Part shown: piece by piece, positions 1-13,099 of the stretch | Numbering within the stretch: position 1 is the stretch's first letter | Layout of the letters: every line of letters starts with the position of its first letter | NCBI GenBank assembly: GCA_050230475.1 | Contig: JBFLGF010000118.1 | Location: 1-64,000, forward strand | DNA: 64,000 nt | Direction of reading: 5' to 3' | Source of the DNA: Ancylonema sp. | Lineage: Eukaryota | Notes under the pieces: generated by a model | Database searches by the model: none | What the model was told of the DNA's origin: nothing | What the model saw: the letters and a program-made list of their open reading frames with translations, nothing else | Program-made: the position numbers and the translations under genes

Positions 1-121
1 AAAGTTCTCACATAATGATCCCTCAGATTTTGTTTTCCCCTGGCCTGGGCTTCAGAGTGGCGGGACAACCCATCATCGCCCACTAACATTGCACGTCCAC
101 GCATGTGGCTGAGGCTGAAAT

Positions 122-526
122 TGTTAGTTTTTAGGGGCTGTGAACTTTATATTAGTTTTGTAATTTCGGGAAACTCACCTTTAGTTTTGTCGTTATTCAA
201 CAAATGCCGGCCGTGGTACTTGTTGCAATGATTGTGTCGATAAGTTTGGCCATCTGGCACGAGTGTCGATAAGAATAGGTGATGTGGTAGAATACTCAGA
301 TTTGATTGGTGCTGACCAAGTAATTTCGATATTAGTTAGTCTTTGACTAAGTAGCTTCTTCGATCACACTCGATTGTACAAGGTCTGGTCTTGCACGCAA
401 AATTCTGCAATCAATACTTTCTACCTCAAGCTTGCACTTTTGTCGATGCTTGTAATGACGTGATTCGTGAGAGTTGAAGGGAAGTGTGCTTTCTTCTTGC
501 ATCGATGGCAAAAGAAAGCACTCACA
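122..526 (+). mobile_element. Solo LTR of the Copia family found at 50490-54064
   Basis: TG...CA termini (tgttagttttt...ctcaca), near-perfect 5-bp TSD GAAAT/GATAT, colinear similarity to the reverse complement of 53646-54064 and to 30349-30763. Confidence 0.85.
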
Positions 527-997
527 GATATGCGTAGTGCCGTGGAAAGTTATTGGGAACAGGCATGACTAGTGCATAATCTTCAACTCTTTCCACAATC
601 GTGACCTTTGCAATGCATGAACCCTCTGCATGTGAGCGGTAGAAATGCAGTGTCCTGATGGACGTTATAAAAAACACACAAAGAGATGTGGTCAATACGA
701 ATTTATTCGGCCTACCACGTAAGGAGACGACATCCACACACATGGGCCAATACAGGCTACACATCCGATCAGTGTGAAACAAAATGGTTTCCCTTGAATC
801 CAGTGTCCGGATAGACCAAAAAACATCGCAAAAAGAACCACAAAATTGGAGAAAGTAAAAATAAAAAGTGTACATTTTAGAGCGCGAACAACCTTTCCTA
901 CAAAGAATTTTGATATCCACCTCACAACTACGTGTTGAGTGTCCGACCGAAAGTGAATATAACTAGTCCACCTAAAACGTTGCCTTTCATCCAAAGT

Positions 998-1164
998 TGG
1001 GCGCGCACATGTGCGCGGCTTAGTGCACATGTTTGAAATTTTGGCGAAGTTAAAAGTCGCCGCTCATGGTCGTGAGTATTTTGAGTCTTTGTTATCTTGA
1101 GTTATTTTTCCTAGTTGAGCGCACATGTTCTGCACATGTGCGCGATTTTAGTTGTGCGCGCCCA
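998..1164. mobile_element. Small MITE-like inverted-repeat element
   Basis: 12-bp inverted ends tgggcgcgcaca/tgtgcgcgccca and internal gcacatg repeats; no TSD seen. Confidence 0.4.
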
Positions 1165-2725
1165 TTATGCTTTCATCGATGAGTCAATCTTGCCCGTTTT
1201 ACATAACGCACTAGTATTTTTATGCACTTGCTTACAATTGTACCTCTTCCACCAATATCTAGTGCGTTGTAAAGAGTTTGACAAGAGTAGGAACAAACCC
1301 TTGCCAAGTCTAGACGGTCGCACCACGTTAACCATTGGAGCTCACATCTCCTTCATACATGAGCGTATACTAGCATAGATTTCGAGTCAAAATATAGGCT
1401 AGTTCCTACTCCTATCTATATCATTGGAAGGCAGTCATTGAATCCCAACATCGTATCCGTTGTGTGAGGAGAGTGACTAGTCCGTAGTGGTGACTTGAGG
1501 GCTTCGTTCACAAACTCGTCATGTGTAAGTATTTTACTCATCCGACATCTCCGGTGATTTTGCGATTGAACCAATAAAATACACAATTAAACAACCATTA
1601 CACACAACTTCTTTTGTCGGAATTAAATAGCATGCAAATCCGCATATAAGTACAATAGAAATTGCGGCGCTCAGTCTTCGTCTTCAAGCTGAGGACCCTT
1701 CCTAGAACGTGTTGTCCCTAAGTCATTTGTTAATAGTACTTCCTTTTTGGTAACAATGAGCGGACCACATGTCCGTGTCATTAAATATAATACGGCCAGC
1801 TATTGCTCACTTATGCTAGTAGACGTCATTCACGCTTTTACGAGCTCATCATACACACTCAATTATGCATCAACGTGTAACACGTCATAATTATGGAGGT
1901 GAACACGCGCTACCCCACTTAAACGCGTATAACGCACACTTGCGCCCCATCACAATTCATTGATTTGACGCCTCCAAATATCTAAAATAAAATTACAGAC
2001 AACAATGAGGCCAAACCTTAAATAACCGTAAATAAAAAGGTTTTTCGAAAATCATGTCAAAAGAAAACTCATATGGAAAACTCACTCTCTAGGCACAAGT
2101 ATACCCTTTACATAAGAACATGCGCTAGAGGAGCACTATCTTATAGGCACAATGCGCCGCACTCATGCTGGTAGAGATCGTTAGGAAGAAATTGACTTAT
2201 TAGCGTATTTTATAACTTAGTCGATTTTTGTTGTTATAAAATATTTGCAACAAGTTAACGTGATATCCGATTTTTTTAAATATCCAAGACATCAAGAAAA
2301 TTATGTATAGCAATTCTCAACAGTTAATTCCACGTATGCTAGCTTGTTGATCAAAGTGATTGATTTTAGAGCGAGCCGAGTCGGCTAGTCAAAATAGTCA
2401 GTCAGTGAAATTAGCTCATCTGTCGCACGTGCTTGTAGAATATCGTAGATGATATAACATTATATGCAGTCTAATTAATAATAATGCGCTAGTTGTCATG
2501 AGCGAAAACTGTGTTAAATCTTAATCCCTACCGTTTCCTACCGCTCCCTACCGTGTCCCTACCGATTTCTCTACTGCCTACCGCCGCCCTAACCCCAACC
2601 GATGCCCAGCCGGACTGAATCCAAAATCGGTAGGAAGCGGTGGGGGGAGAATACCGTGGTAGAAACCCCCTACCGCGAGCCAAAAATGCGGTGTCACCAA
2701 CTCTTGGGCCAAGAATGTTGTATAC

Positions 2726-3098
2726 CATAGATGGGTCTTTGAAGTGCGCGTCCCGCACGTGTTTCGCACGCGTGCCGCACGCGTGCGCAAATCTCGCGCA
2801 CGGTGCTGACCCATAGGCGTTAAAATTATGATATTATTACCCGGGGGGGGGGGGGGTACTTCCTACACCCCAGGGGTGCCGGGATGTTTCCAAATTCATG
2901 AAATGTGTTTGGTGAACCGGTTACAACGCGGCAGTATTCAATTTAGGCCTAAGACGTTATATCGAACTACTTACAATGCAAAATGGTCAGTACTCACTAC
3001 TTCGTCAAATTTCGAAAGTCGATTACGGAAATTGTCCCGGCGCGGCACGCGCGCCGCACGCGTGCGCAAATCTTGCGCACGGTGCTGACCCATCTATG
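2726..3098. mobile_element. hAT-like MITE
   Basis: TIR catagatgggtc/gacccatctatg; flanks ttgtatac/gtgtacac (6/8 TSD match); internal direct repeat gccgcacgcgtgcgcaaatc...gcacggtgctgacccat. Confidence 0.65.
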
Positions 3099-3105
3099 GT
3101 GTACA

Positions 3106-3871
3106 CCGTACCGGCCAGGTTTATAGCCCCACCGAGTCGAAAAAATATTTGGTTTACGGTAGCCCCACCCCTTAGCCCCAGCCCCGTACCAAGTATTTTT
3201 TAGGCCCCTCTTTTTAGCCCCACCCCATTTCTGGCAATTATTTTCGTTGCCCCAGCAAAGATAAGGCCCCACCCCAGAGTACTTCCATGGCGCACGCACG
3301 TCCTCCCGCCGCCACGCTCGCTGGGCTGAGACCCTGGCTGCCTACGATTTCACTATCGTCTACAGGAAAGGGGAGACTTACGGGAAGCCTGATGCTCTCT
3401 CCCGCCGTTCCGACTACTAGCCAGACCTGATCCCCGAGCTTAACTAATGTAAAAAAATCCGCCCGATTTCCGGTTATCACCCAGAATCTGACGTGTTAAT
3501 TAATAACCTGTCTTAAATCATAATATTTTCCGGTCCCGACAGTATTAACAGGTTTAACTGTATTAAATAAATACTTAAAAACCTCTCGTATCAGCTGTTA
3601 TCCCGTAATATGAGCCCCTCCCGACAAATATCTGGGCTCCAGGCTTGAGGGAGCTCCCGTCTCCGGGCGGCAGCCCGCTGCCCGGCTCGTAGGCTTACCG
3701 GCTAAAGCCCCAAGGCGGGAAAAATGAATTTTGGATAATGCCCCAGGCCGAAATATTGGCTGAATGTACCGGTACTTAAGGCCCCAATTTACATTTTTTT
3801 GAATTAATTTCCTTGCCCCGCCCCAGAAGTTTGATAATTATTTTCGGAGGCTGTAAACCTGGCCGGTACGG
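3106..3871. mobile_element. Tc1/mariner-type non-autonomous element (CCGTA...TACGG ends)
   Basis: About 25-bp TIR ccgtaccggccaggtttatagcc / ggctgtaaacctggccggtacgg, TA on the right flank. Confidence 0.75.
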
Positions 3872-4014
3872 TAGTATGAATTTTTAAGATTTACCCCGAA
3901 TTATATTTTTAGCCTTAATACTTATCGGCGGAATTTTAGGGCCTACAAATCCAACCCTAAGATAAAAGTACCCACGGGATTTGACGGATATGCCACTACG
4001 CATGTGCTCGCGGC

Positions 4015-4593
4015 ATGTCAAGTCCTGGATCTTCTGCTGATTCCGAAGAGCATCACTCCTTATCCGGAAAGTTCGTGAAGCACTCTGCTGCTGGAGTAAT
4101 CGAAAAAGCAATCAGTATTGCGGACCAAAACTTTCGTAACGCAGTAGTTTCAAAGTTTTTTCCTGCCGAAAGCCCCCCATATATTGAGCGATCAGAGGGG
4201 CAGGTTCTGAACACCGAAGATTCTAATGCTGTTGAAAAAGAGTTCTGTGCCTCAACTACCCCCGATCGACCAAGGTCAGCACCTTTTTTAGGAATATATG
4301 GCTAGTCAAGATGTCTGGGCAATTGTTGAGCCATGAAGCATCTTTCACTCCTTGTTGCACAGCTGTATAGGCAGTACTCTATATTTTTTTCGTATAGATT
4401 CATATCCCCCCTGCTCACCAGGGACTCGTACAGTGGCTGTTGTTGCATAAATGATGGTATATAAAGGCTCGTTGTTTTTAGTCCAACCAGTCGCCATTGT
4501 CTTCTCTAGTACACAAGTAACGTGCTTGGTCTTTTGAAGTCAAAGTATTACTTGTACAACGTGATGTACTGTTTCGCTTTGTTTTTTCGTGTG

Positions 4594-4669
<76 letters not shown>

Positions 4670-5927
4670 TTTGATTAACTTAAATGAAAAATGTCAAGAC
4701 GAGTACATACGTCAAAACGCGGCATCCTATTTCAAAGCGCACATATAATAGAAGAGACGGAGACACATCAATATCATGGCATGAAGTGTCTAGACACCTT
4801 CTGTTTTATAGAATTAAGTAATTATGGAATCACGAAAGCAAAAAAACTGAGAAATTATGGAATGATAACACTATGGAGTCATAAATTATGGAGATTATGG
4901 AATTTGGAATCATGAGAAATATGGACTTCCGGACCTACGAAGTTGTACAAAAATAGAGACATGGAGTGAGAAAACTCACATCACTGTTCTGGCTCCACCA
5001 TTTCCTAAACCACTCCCAGCTCCCCTCAGTGTGACGCCGACGGATGGTGGCACCAAACCGGCGAGCAGGTGGTGGGAAACCTCCCAGAAGTTTCCAGGAC
5101 CGACCTCGCCAGTCCCTTACTAGGTGAGCTGCTCCCTTCCCAGATCTCTAGCCTTACAAACTGGAAACAAATTCAAGGGCTTCCTCGTGGTCACCCAGGA
5201 CATGTAGGCACGATAGCTCACTTCTGTTGTTCATAGAAGCTTTGTATCATGACAATATTAGCTTCCCCAACACCATTAGTTCCTTTATCGTCCTTCGGAT
5301 GCAGAAGTAGAAGAAGCAGACGTCAGAGCTGTGGGACGCACGCGGGCACGGAGAAAACACCTGAAGCACAAGAAGCTCAAGCACACAGTGGCTGCGCTAA
5401 GAGACCGGTTTCCAGAAGCTTCTGGGGGAGGTGTACCTGGGCCACCAGCTGATGTCATTCGTGGCGAACCTACCTCCCACCAGCCCAACCCTGCGCCAGC
5501 TGTCGCTGCCTCTGCCCCTGCTCCGACTTCTGGTGTCGGGGAACAGGTCTTTCACTCTGTCCCAGGAGTGGACGAGAGGGAGACGGAGGCCTGTGATTCG
5601 CTCGTCAGTAGGGGGATGCATTTGATTGGCCCCACCTTTCCCTCGGCCGAGTATGCTGCAAAGCTGGGGGTGGTAAGCCTGAGGTGTACATCTGCCCACG
5701 ACACTGATGAAAGAGGCGGGATGGAATGGTGCAAAGGTAAAGAAGCACCAGGAGTGGCCAGAGGAGAGGTACCACAGAATGAACCCTCCGTCCCTTGGGG
5801 GGACCCAGGCGCTAGAGATGGAGGGGTAGGAGGATCGGGGGGGAAAGGGCAGAGGGAAGGGAAGGAAAGTAAGGTGAAGGTGAGGAGGGAGGCAAAGCGG
5901 AAGGCTGTGGACGGGCAGGGCCAGTAA
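4015..5927 (+). CDS. Hypothetical 3-exon orphan protein (about 328 aa); exons 4015-4274, 5020-5123, 5305-5927
   Basis: GT-AG sites with compatible phases give one open frame (987 nt); telo-box-like aaccctaa just upstream (~3953); no recognisable domain. Confidence 0.4.
4596..4666. repeat. (TG)n microsatellite
   Basis: Direct reading. Confidence 0.97.
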
Positions 5928-6737
5928 GCATACGACTTTGGGAGAGGGGACCTACTTTTTGGACGGAAGTCAACCGGTTGATTGACCTGCTGGTGGTGGT
6001 ACTCAGCTATCGTATTTCTCCACGTGCTTTTTATTTGATGACCATGTGATTTCGTACACGACCTATCGCTTCCCGTTTGTTGGCCGGTCCAGGACTATGT
6101 AGTGGTGGTTCTACATTGTGTGCTTGTGTATGAGGGTTCCATTTCAGGAGTGGGGGAACACATTGCGAGTTGTGTTGGAACTCTACTCGTTTCCCTCAGA
6201 AAAAAATTCTCCACTCGATGGTGTGCACCGTGTGCAAACTCTCTATCTTGCAATGATGTTATCTTGGTTGTGTGGCGCAGATCTCGCGGAAGTGCCGTCA
6301 CATTCACGTACAACCCAGCGACGACGTACTTGGTGCAATCAAAACATGGCTAGGGACGACTTGGGGACATTCACCTTGGCCTATCTTCCAGGAAGTGGAC
6401 ACCTTGTATCTTTTTATGGTCTCGCATTTCACGATATGGGAGGCCTTCGCATGTCACATGGAAGGTGGCCTGTTATGTTACTCACGTTTTAGGGTGGATG
6501 TTGTAGTCTCACATTCTAGAGTCATCAAGGGTCAAGGGTCAAGGGTCGTTCTAATGGAAAGTAAATCGTTTGGAGGGCATGCGTAGGTCATGGAGACAAG
6601 ATGGCGAACACGATCAAGCTAGTGCACGATCAAGCTCCGACAATGACTTCAACAATGCATGTAAGGTATACAAGTCATTTATTTGACATTGAGTATCAAG
6701 CAACGACCAAAAACGGATTCCTCCTATATTATTTACG

Positions 6738-6814
6738 AGGTGTAGGTGTAGGTGTAGGTGTAGGTGTAGGTGTAGGTGTAGGTGTAGGTGTAGGTGTAGG
6801 TGTAGGTGTAGGTG
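6738..6814. repeat. (GGTGTA)n microsatellite
   Basis: Direct reading; it creates a spurious (GV)n ORF. Confidence 0.97.
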
Positions 6815-9126
6815 TTGGACTATTAAACTGTTGCAATGTTCAAAGACTTGAATACTACTATGACACGGTATACATGATAACCCTCAAACAATTATGAGAA
6901 GGGCAGGCCGGGTCAAGTTCAACATATCATTTTTTGTGTGATGTGGGTCTTTCCATAATGTGTGTCATGAGACAATAAATATACTTCAGATGTTTGGGAA
7001 ATTTTATATTGGGTGCGCGGGTGGGCCGTATGGTGGTTTATTAGCTAAATTTTAAAACATTTTTGAAAACCGAGGTCATTATGTATGGCCACAACGGTAC
7101 TGTCTGCTAACCATTATCATGCATCGTATCGCTCCTGAATTCATGCAGGATGTTGCATACACAAAAATGTTAGGCAAATTGACCTACTCGAAGATTTTAA
7201 ACATACCATGCCCCTAACACAAATCCAAGCATATTACAAGCCCCACATCTCCCCATGTTGAAAGTGTCTATAGATAATCACACCGGATTGATCACACTAT
7301 TTTCCCACTTTTCATACTGTCTACATCTAGAACTTACCAATGCCTAGTTGCGTCAATTGCTCCACATTCCCTATATCAATATTGAAAGAAAATTACACCA
7401 CACTAGTTCCACTGTTACAAATGAATGTACAAGTTGAGTACTATCCTTCCAACTCCACAAAATCATCATGATGGACGGACGAATGTCCCCCTCCAACACG
7501 CTTAACATAACAAGTAACAATACACGAAACATGTCTTCATCGCTAAGTTCCAAAAATCCGATGTCCGAAACCTGACACATATATTGAAGTAAATCGACAA
7601 ATATTAGATCCCCCCTCCATGCAAACCTCCCCCCCCCCCCTCACCCCCCCCCTACTCCACCGAAGTCGTTTGTGTGTTTTTCACACACACGGACCCAAAG
7701 AAGGGTTCCTCCCACCCTCCCCCCCACCTTTCTTCTGCGTTCACCAATGATGTCCACAATTGCCGCCAAATGGGTTGTCCGCATCATACTTGAACCTACA
7801 CCAACTAGGTGAATATTATTTCTTATCCATTAAAAAACAAAGGGTTCGGCGTACGTCTGTAACACTGCATGAGGGCCTCTCAAACCATCCCTGTGCTGCT
7901 TCACCCCGCATGAAAACTGGTCCATCCGGATTCTGTGAAGCTCCACTCGTAACAATCTGTCTCCCCCCTCCTCTCCTCCCCTCCGTGCGTCCTTTCCCCA
8001 ACCTCTGGCACCCTCCACCCTCATCCCTGGAAGGTAAGCACCACCTGCTTCCCCTTCCCAACCTCCCCCGCATTCACTCCCAATTGCCACCCGCACAGTG
8101 CAGGGGCGGCACAGATGGATCTGGTCACTGCTGCTGGCGCCGAACTCGATTCTGAACGATTCTGACGCCTGCCCTCCGGGTCAAGGCACCAGTCTGGGCC
8201 TCCTTTCGGTCCACGGTCTGTGATGAGGATAGGTTAGCGGTAGCAGTGAGCTTGGAGCGCTTGGGCTCATTGCCCTCACTATTTCTTGGCAGTGGCCTTT
8301 TTGTGGCGGGGGGAGGACGGTTTTGCAGGTGGCACAGAGTGCGGCGGGGCTGAGGAGAAAACGGATGGGGATGGCGGAGGGGGGAAAGAGATGAGAAAGG
8401 GGAGGGAAGGAGAAGCAGAAGGAGAGGGAGAGAAGTTTGTTCTATTTCTATGGAAGGAGAAGAGAGAGTTTTATCGGTTGTACTTTTTGGTGTAGAACGG
8501 CTAGTGAGTACCACTGAGGTCAAGGTTGACTTCTTTGTAGGACAGATGGTTAAGTATTATTGGAGTATTTGCGGGTTTAAAAACAGCAAGTAACAATGTA
8601 AGTGAAAACAAAATGGTTTTAAGTCTGGATGTATCATAACGAAATTATGGAGAAAAACTGAGCAGTTCGTCAATCTGATGCCCCACAGAGTCAGGGCACC
8701 TTCTCAGAAGCAGGAAGGAAAATATGTTCAGTTGTAGCAGGGGTGGCAATGCTACCCACCCTGCTTCCTGTCAACTTCTATGACACACCTCCCAGATATG
8801 TACCCAGCAAACATTCTTGACCGATCAAGGAAGAAATAATGGTGAACAAGTAAAACCAGCTATGAACTGCTACAACCCAAATACAGAATAAACAACTTCT
8901 GAGATACCACACGAATCCGGAATGAGTGATCATGCCGTGGTTCCCAGAAGCACGAGTAGGGGTACAAAGAGACGAAAGGTCATGAAATATGGCTCCACTA
9001 CACCTGCCTAAATCAAAGACGCAGACAGTGGACGTGGGGAGCAGACAGACATGTGACCCGTACACAAAAGGACCTCAAACCAGTGCCCTTGAACACCTGC
9101 ATTCTACTGATTGCAACATGGATGCT

Positions 9127-10953
9127 TCATTCCAACCCGCCCATGCCCCTTCTGACGCCAGCTTCTGAGGCACTGGCGCTGCTGGCCAGGCCCCATCCCT
9201 GGCAATTCCACGTCAAGCCATGGCAGAGCCAAGAGCAGAGTGCAGCCACAAAAGGGGGCCTCCCACACAGGAAGTTACAACAGGATGCAGCTTTTCTACT
9301 GATGCGGCTGTCAAAGACTAGGCTACCTTGACCAAAACCCGAGTCGCATAACAAAGGAGGTTGTGTCCATCACCACCTTTTCCATGTCTACTCGATGTCT
9401 TACCATTTTCAAAACATTTATGTGCTGTCACTTAGGCTTCTCACCTGATCAGATTTGCACATGTTTGAGATTTTGTTCGAAGAATACTCGTCCAACCTCC
9501 AGTCTGTGACCTTCTCTTCCGTTCCTTCTGTGTAAAACCTGTATGTGGTGACCACAGCCTCTTGCTGCACGTATTTTTCCTGGGAGTCAACGACAACGGA
9601 GGGGTGGCCAATGGCTCTCCAAGAACCACCCGCTGCAAAGCGGACAGGGAGTGCGCCCATGGCGGAATGGAAGGAATGGATTCGTTCGACCGACTTCGGT
9701 GCGGAGGTGACAAAAAAGAAGTTGTCCGAAAGTGGCATCGGCATGTTGCCAGAAGAAACTGGCATGTCTGCACGATTGGCGACTCAAATAGCAGCCATCA
9801 GCCATCAGCGTATCAGCTTTGCTACAGAAGAGGTTTAAGGCGAATGAAACAGGTCGAGGGGGTTTAAAACCTTTCGACCTTGTGTTGACATGGTTTTCTG
9901 TTCTTCCAGGACGCTATTCCTAAACCCCAGTAAGCATTTTCTAATTAGAGCCAGAAGAACACTGTCGCCAACATTGCAACATTTCCAGTTTGATGCTTGT
10001 TAACATGTTTTTCCGGCACAAAGGCACAGTGTACCATGCCTGACTTCACAGCTATTGAAGCCCAGAAGAATTATGATGTGTTTCAAACGTATCCAGACTG
10101 TGCAGTAATTTCGCTCCTACCGCGCCAAATCTGGAGTGCTTACAAACAGGGAATAAAAGTCATGGTGTATGTTTATGGAACACAAATGGTAAAACAAGTT
10201 GTTGCTTCGGATAACAGGCTGCACCCCACCACTGAACAAACAACAATTCGGACAGAAGGGCTTGCATAACAGTCTGCAGGTGAACTGTCGAGTGATGCTT
10301 AGGTTGCATAATGTAAGTCCACATAAACAAATATTTACTTCTGATTTCCAGTGTTGCCTCCATACAAACGACTCAGACACCACCAATTTCCGTTGAATAA
10401 CAAGAATAAGTCACTCCATTTGTTCATTCGTTTCTTCTGTTCTCGTTTTAGTTTTTTTTTTGTCTCGAACACTGGCTTTTAAAAATCACTGGCCGGCTGT
10501 CCTTCCACCTGTCGAGCAGCACTCTGAAGCCCGCACGGTGCGCATAATAAAACGATAGTTAACACACCTGACAGCTGCACCGGATGATAGAGAAAAATGT
10601 CGTCGACATGGCAGACTGGGGCAGCGATGTTGGGGCAACCCTGAAGCACTTTGGGCAGCAGATGGTATGCAAGCTCGCGGGGTAATGGCTGAAATCGGAA
10701 CCCCGGGGGTAGACACGAGGCTGACGATCCAAGACTGCAACGGCATACTGCCAAACTGCAGAAACACAAGAACAACATTAGACATAAATCAAATTATAGA
10801 CGTCGGGATTTCACTGGGACTCAGAACCAGAAAGGTAATGCTAATGCGGAAACCACATTATGTAACAAAAAATGAACAGCGCAACGAAAAAAAGAGCGGT
10901 CGTGCAATTAAAACAACTCACCATGTCAGAGGACACGTCGTATGAAACTCCAT
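9127..10953 (-). CDS. NAC-domain protein with an N-terminus copied from the neighbouring PHD gene; exons 10953-10922, 10755-10568, 9767-9445, tentative last exon 9198-9127
   Basis: LPPGFRFQP..EL..HLLPKV and DIFLYHPVQL (NAC subdomains A/B); NFFFVT, GGSWRAIG, TYRFY..G....TDWRLDEYS (C/D). A phase-1 intron follows subdomain B and a phase-0 intron follows D, as in typical plant NAC genes. Frame is open across the junctions; the 3' end is uncertain. Confidence 0.75.
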
Positions 10954-11228
10954 GCGGCCTTACGAGACTCGCTTGTTGGACGACCTTAAGATAGCGAGGG
11001 AAAGCGGACTTACAAAACTATTAGGATATAAAGCCATTATTCAGCAACCTTGAAGCGCCTAATTGACGACGAATTTCCTTGATCTGGAAATAATTGAGGG
11101 CATTTGAAACACCAGAGGTGTTACTTGGAACCTCAGCTCCACGGAATGTCAGTCCATCGCTGAAATTCCCCCTGGATTTTCTCCCCGGAAGGACCTGCCA
11201 CCTGCTTCCTAGATCTGGGGATCGGCAA
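10716..11228 (-). repeat. 513-bp inverted duplicate of 14193-14705
   Basis: Base-by-base reverse-complement match (roughly 90% by eye) covering leader, ATG exon, intron 1 and the first 40 nt of exon 2. Confidence 0.95.
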
Positions 11229-11410
11229 TAGGGATGGGATGCAACCCCAAACCCCTTCGGGTTGCGTAATGTTGTTTTTTTCGCAACCCCACGCAACCCC
11301 ACCCAACCCCACGTAACCCCAAGTAGCAACACGCAACCCCAAAAAGCAAAACGCAACCCCGAAAAGCAGCACGCAACACCAAAAAACCAAAAAAAAAAGG
11401 GTTTTCACCC
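11229..11410 (+). mobile_element. Single hAT-like terminus with gcaacccc subterminal repeats
   Basis: Begins TAGGGATG (Ac/Ds-like TIR start), followed by multiple (c)gcaacccc motifs; partner end not found. Confidence 0.55.
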
Positions 11411-11944
11411 CCAAATGATGCAATGCGAGTTTGGAAACAAATTTATAATACATGTAGTGCGAGTTGAGCGTTCTTATTAGTAACACACTGCACATGAGAA
11501 AGATACAATCATTGGAAGGTAGTTCGATAACCTCACTGTAAACATAACTTGTATTACTTTTGCATGTCGATTTTTTATGCCTTTGAAGTCTATTTTCGGC
11601 TTTGATTGAATAATTAGTTTTTTTTACTTGAAAGTGTCATCATCCATAACGAGCGTTTGTATAATTTCCCATTATCTTTATTCAAACCTTTTGAATCGTT
11701 CAACTCGTGTTACTCCGTATACGTGTTGCTCCGCAACAACAATTCCCATTTCTTCACTATTTTGAGAGATTGAATAGCAGTCGGTCGTTCGTTACATATA
11801 ACCTTGTATTGTAAAGTTAACGTACTGATTCAAAATGTTATCATTTCATGGGAGTGTCACACCATTGCAACACTGGAATATAACGACAAAAAATAAGCAA
11901 TACTTGGGGCCATTGTGTGAGTTATGTTTTTAGGTGGTGTGAGA

Positions 11945-12887
11945 CATAGTTGCACGAACCGAATTTTTTATTTTTTTTTGGAACCGGTTCCGAGATGGAA
12001 CCGTTTCGGAACCGTGTCGGAACCGGACGAACCGGGTGAGTTTAAGGGTTTTACCCCTTCCCGTGGTATAACATTTTCACCTTCCCAAAAAACATACGCG
12101 GGGAAATTTATACCGTTGTACATGTTCATGTTGGTGACTCCACGTCCCTTTCGGACGCTAAAATTGTTGAATATTTCATCGGGGAAATATGGCGTGGCCA
12201 TTGCAAGTTTTAATTTGCTTTCTTTCGCGCCATGGTAGGACGTGGTGCAATTTCATTGGCCGAAAACACCACTAGACCTTCCACTTAGGCACACACATCT
12301 CGCTTTGGAGAAGCAAGAGATGTGGAAGGTAGAGGAGAATAGTAAAAATGTAAAATTAGTGTTAGGGCTTTGGGAGCACGATTTGAGAGAGAAAATACAT
12401 GGAAGGTTGAAGAAAATTTCAGATGCCATTAGATTACGGGTAAAAATATATTCTCGCAACATTTTCACATGAAAGTATAACACGGAAATGGGAATGAGTA
12501 AGATATGCAACGGAGATGAGCATAGTAATTCATGAAAAAGGTATAGCCATTTCATTTTACTACTTGTACATGAATAGAAACACAATTTGCGAAGAAACGA
12601 GCAAAACATACAAATGCACCAAAAAACATCAGGTTGTATTCATGCAGAAAACCATTTTGAGTTTTTTTACAATGGACATCATTTGTTTGATATTTTTGTT
12701 GGATAGAGCATGACGAGCTACACAAAATAAAAATGTTTCTCAATATTTCCCGTGCCATGTAACCCTTCAAACTGACATCTAAGTAAAAAAACCCTAAATC
12801 ATCCAGTTCCGAACCACGGCCACTTTTTTCGGAACCGGTTCCATCTAAGATCCGGTTCGGAAACGGTTCGGAGTTCGTGCAACTATG
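11945..12887. mobile_element. hAT MITE, complete
   Basis: Perfect 15-bp TIR catagttgcacgaac/gttcgtgcaactatg, perfect 8-bp TSD GTGTGAGA, gaaccg subterminal repeats. Confidence 0.93.
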
Positions 12888-13099
12888 GTGTGAGAGATTG
12901 CACGTAGATGTTTAGCAACGAACATTACAGGTATTGGATTCGGACTGACACATTTAACAAATTTATTGTAATACATACCAAAATTGTCATAAATAAAAGT
13001 GCCGCAGTCAGAACTCGAAACGTAAACGATGACTAGTCTGGAATCATAAATGTTCTACCACCCTATGGATACTCATGTATAACAAGGTTCTACTATCAA

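Noticed and set aside
6060..6590. Overlapping 70-125 aa ORFs
   Set aside because: No motif, no consistent splice structure
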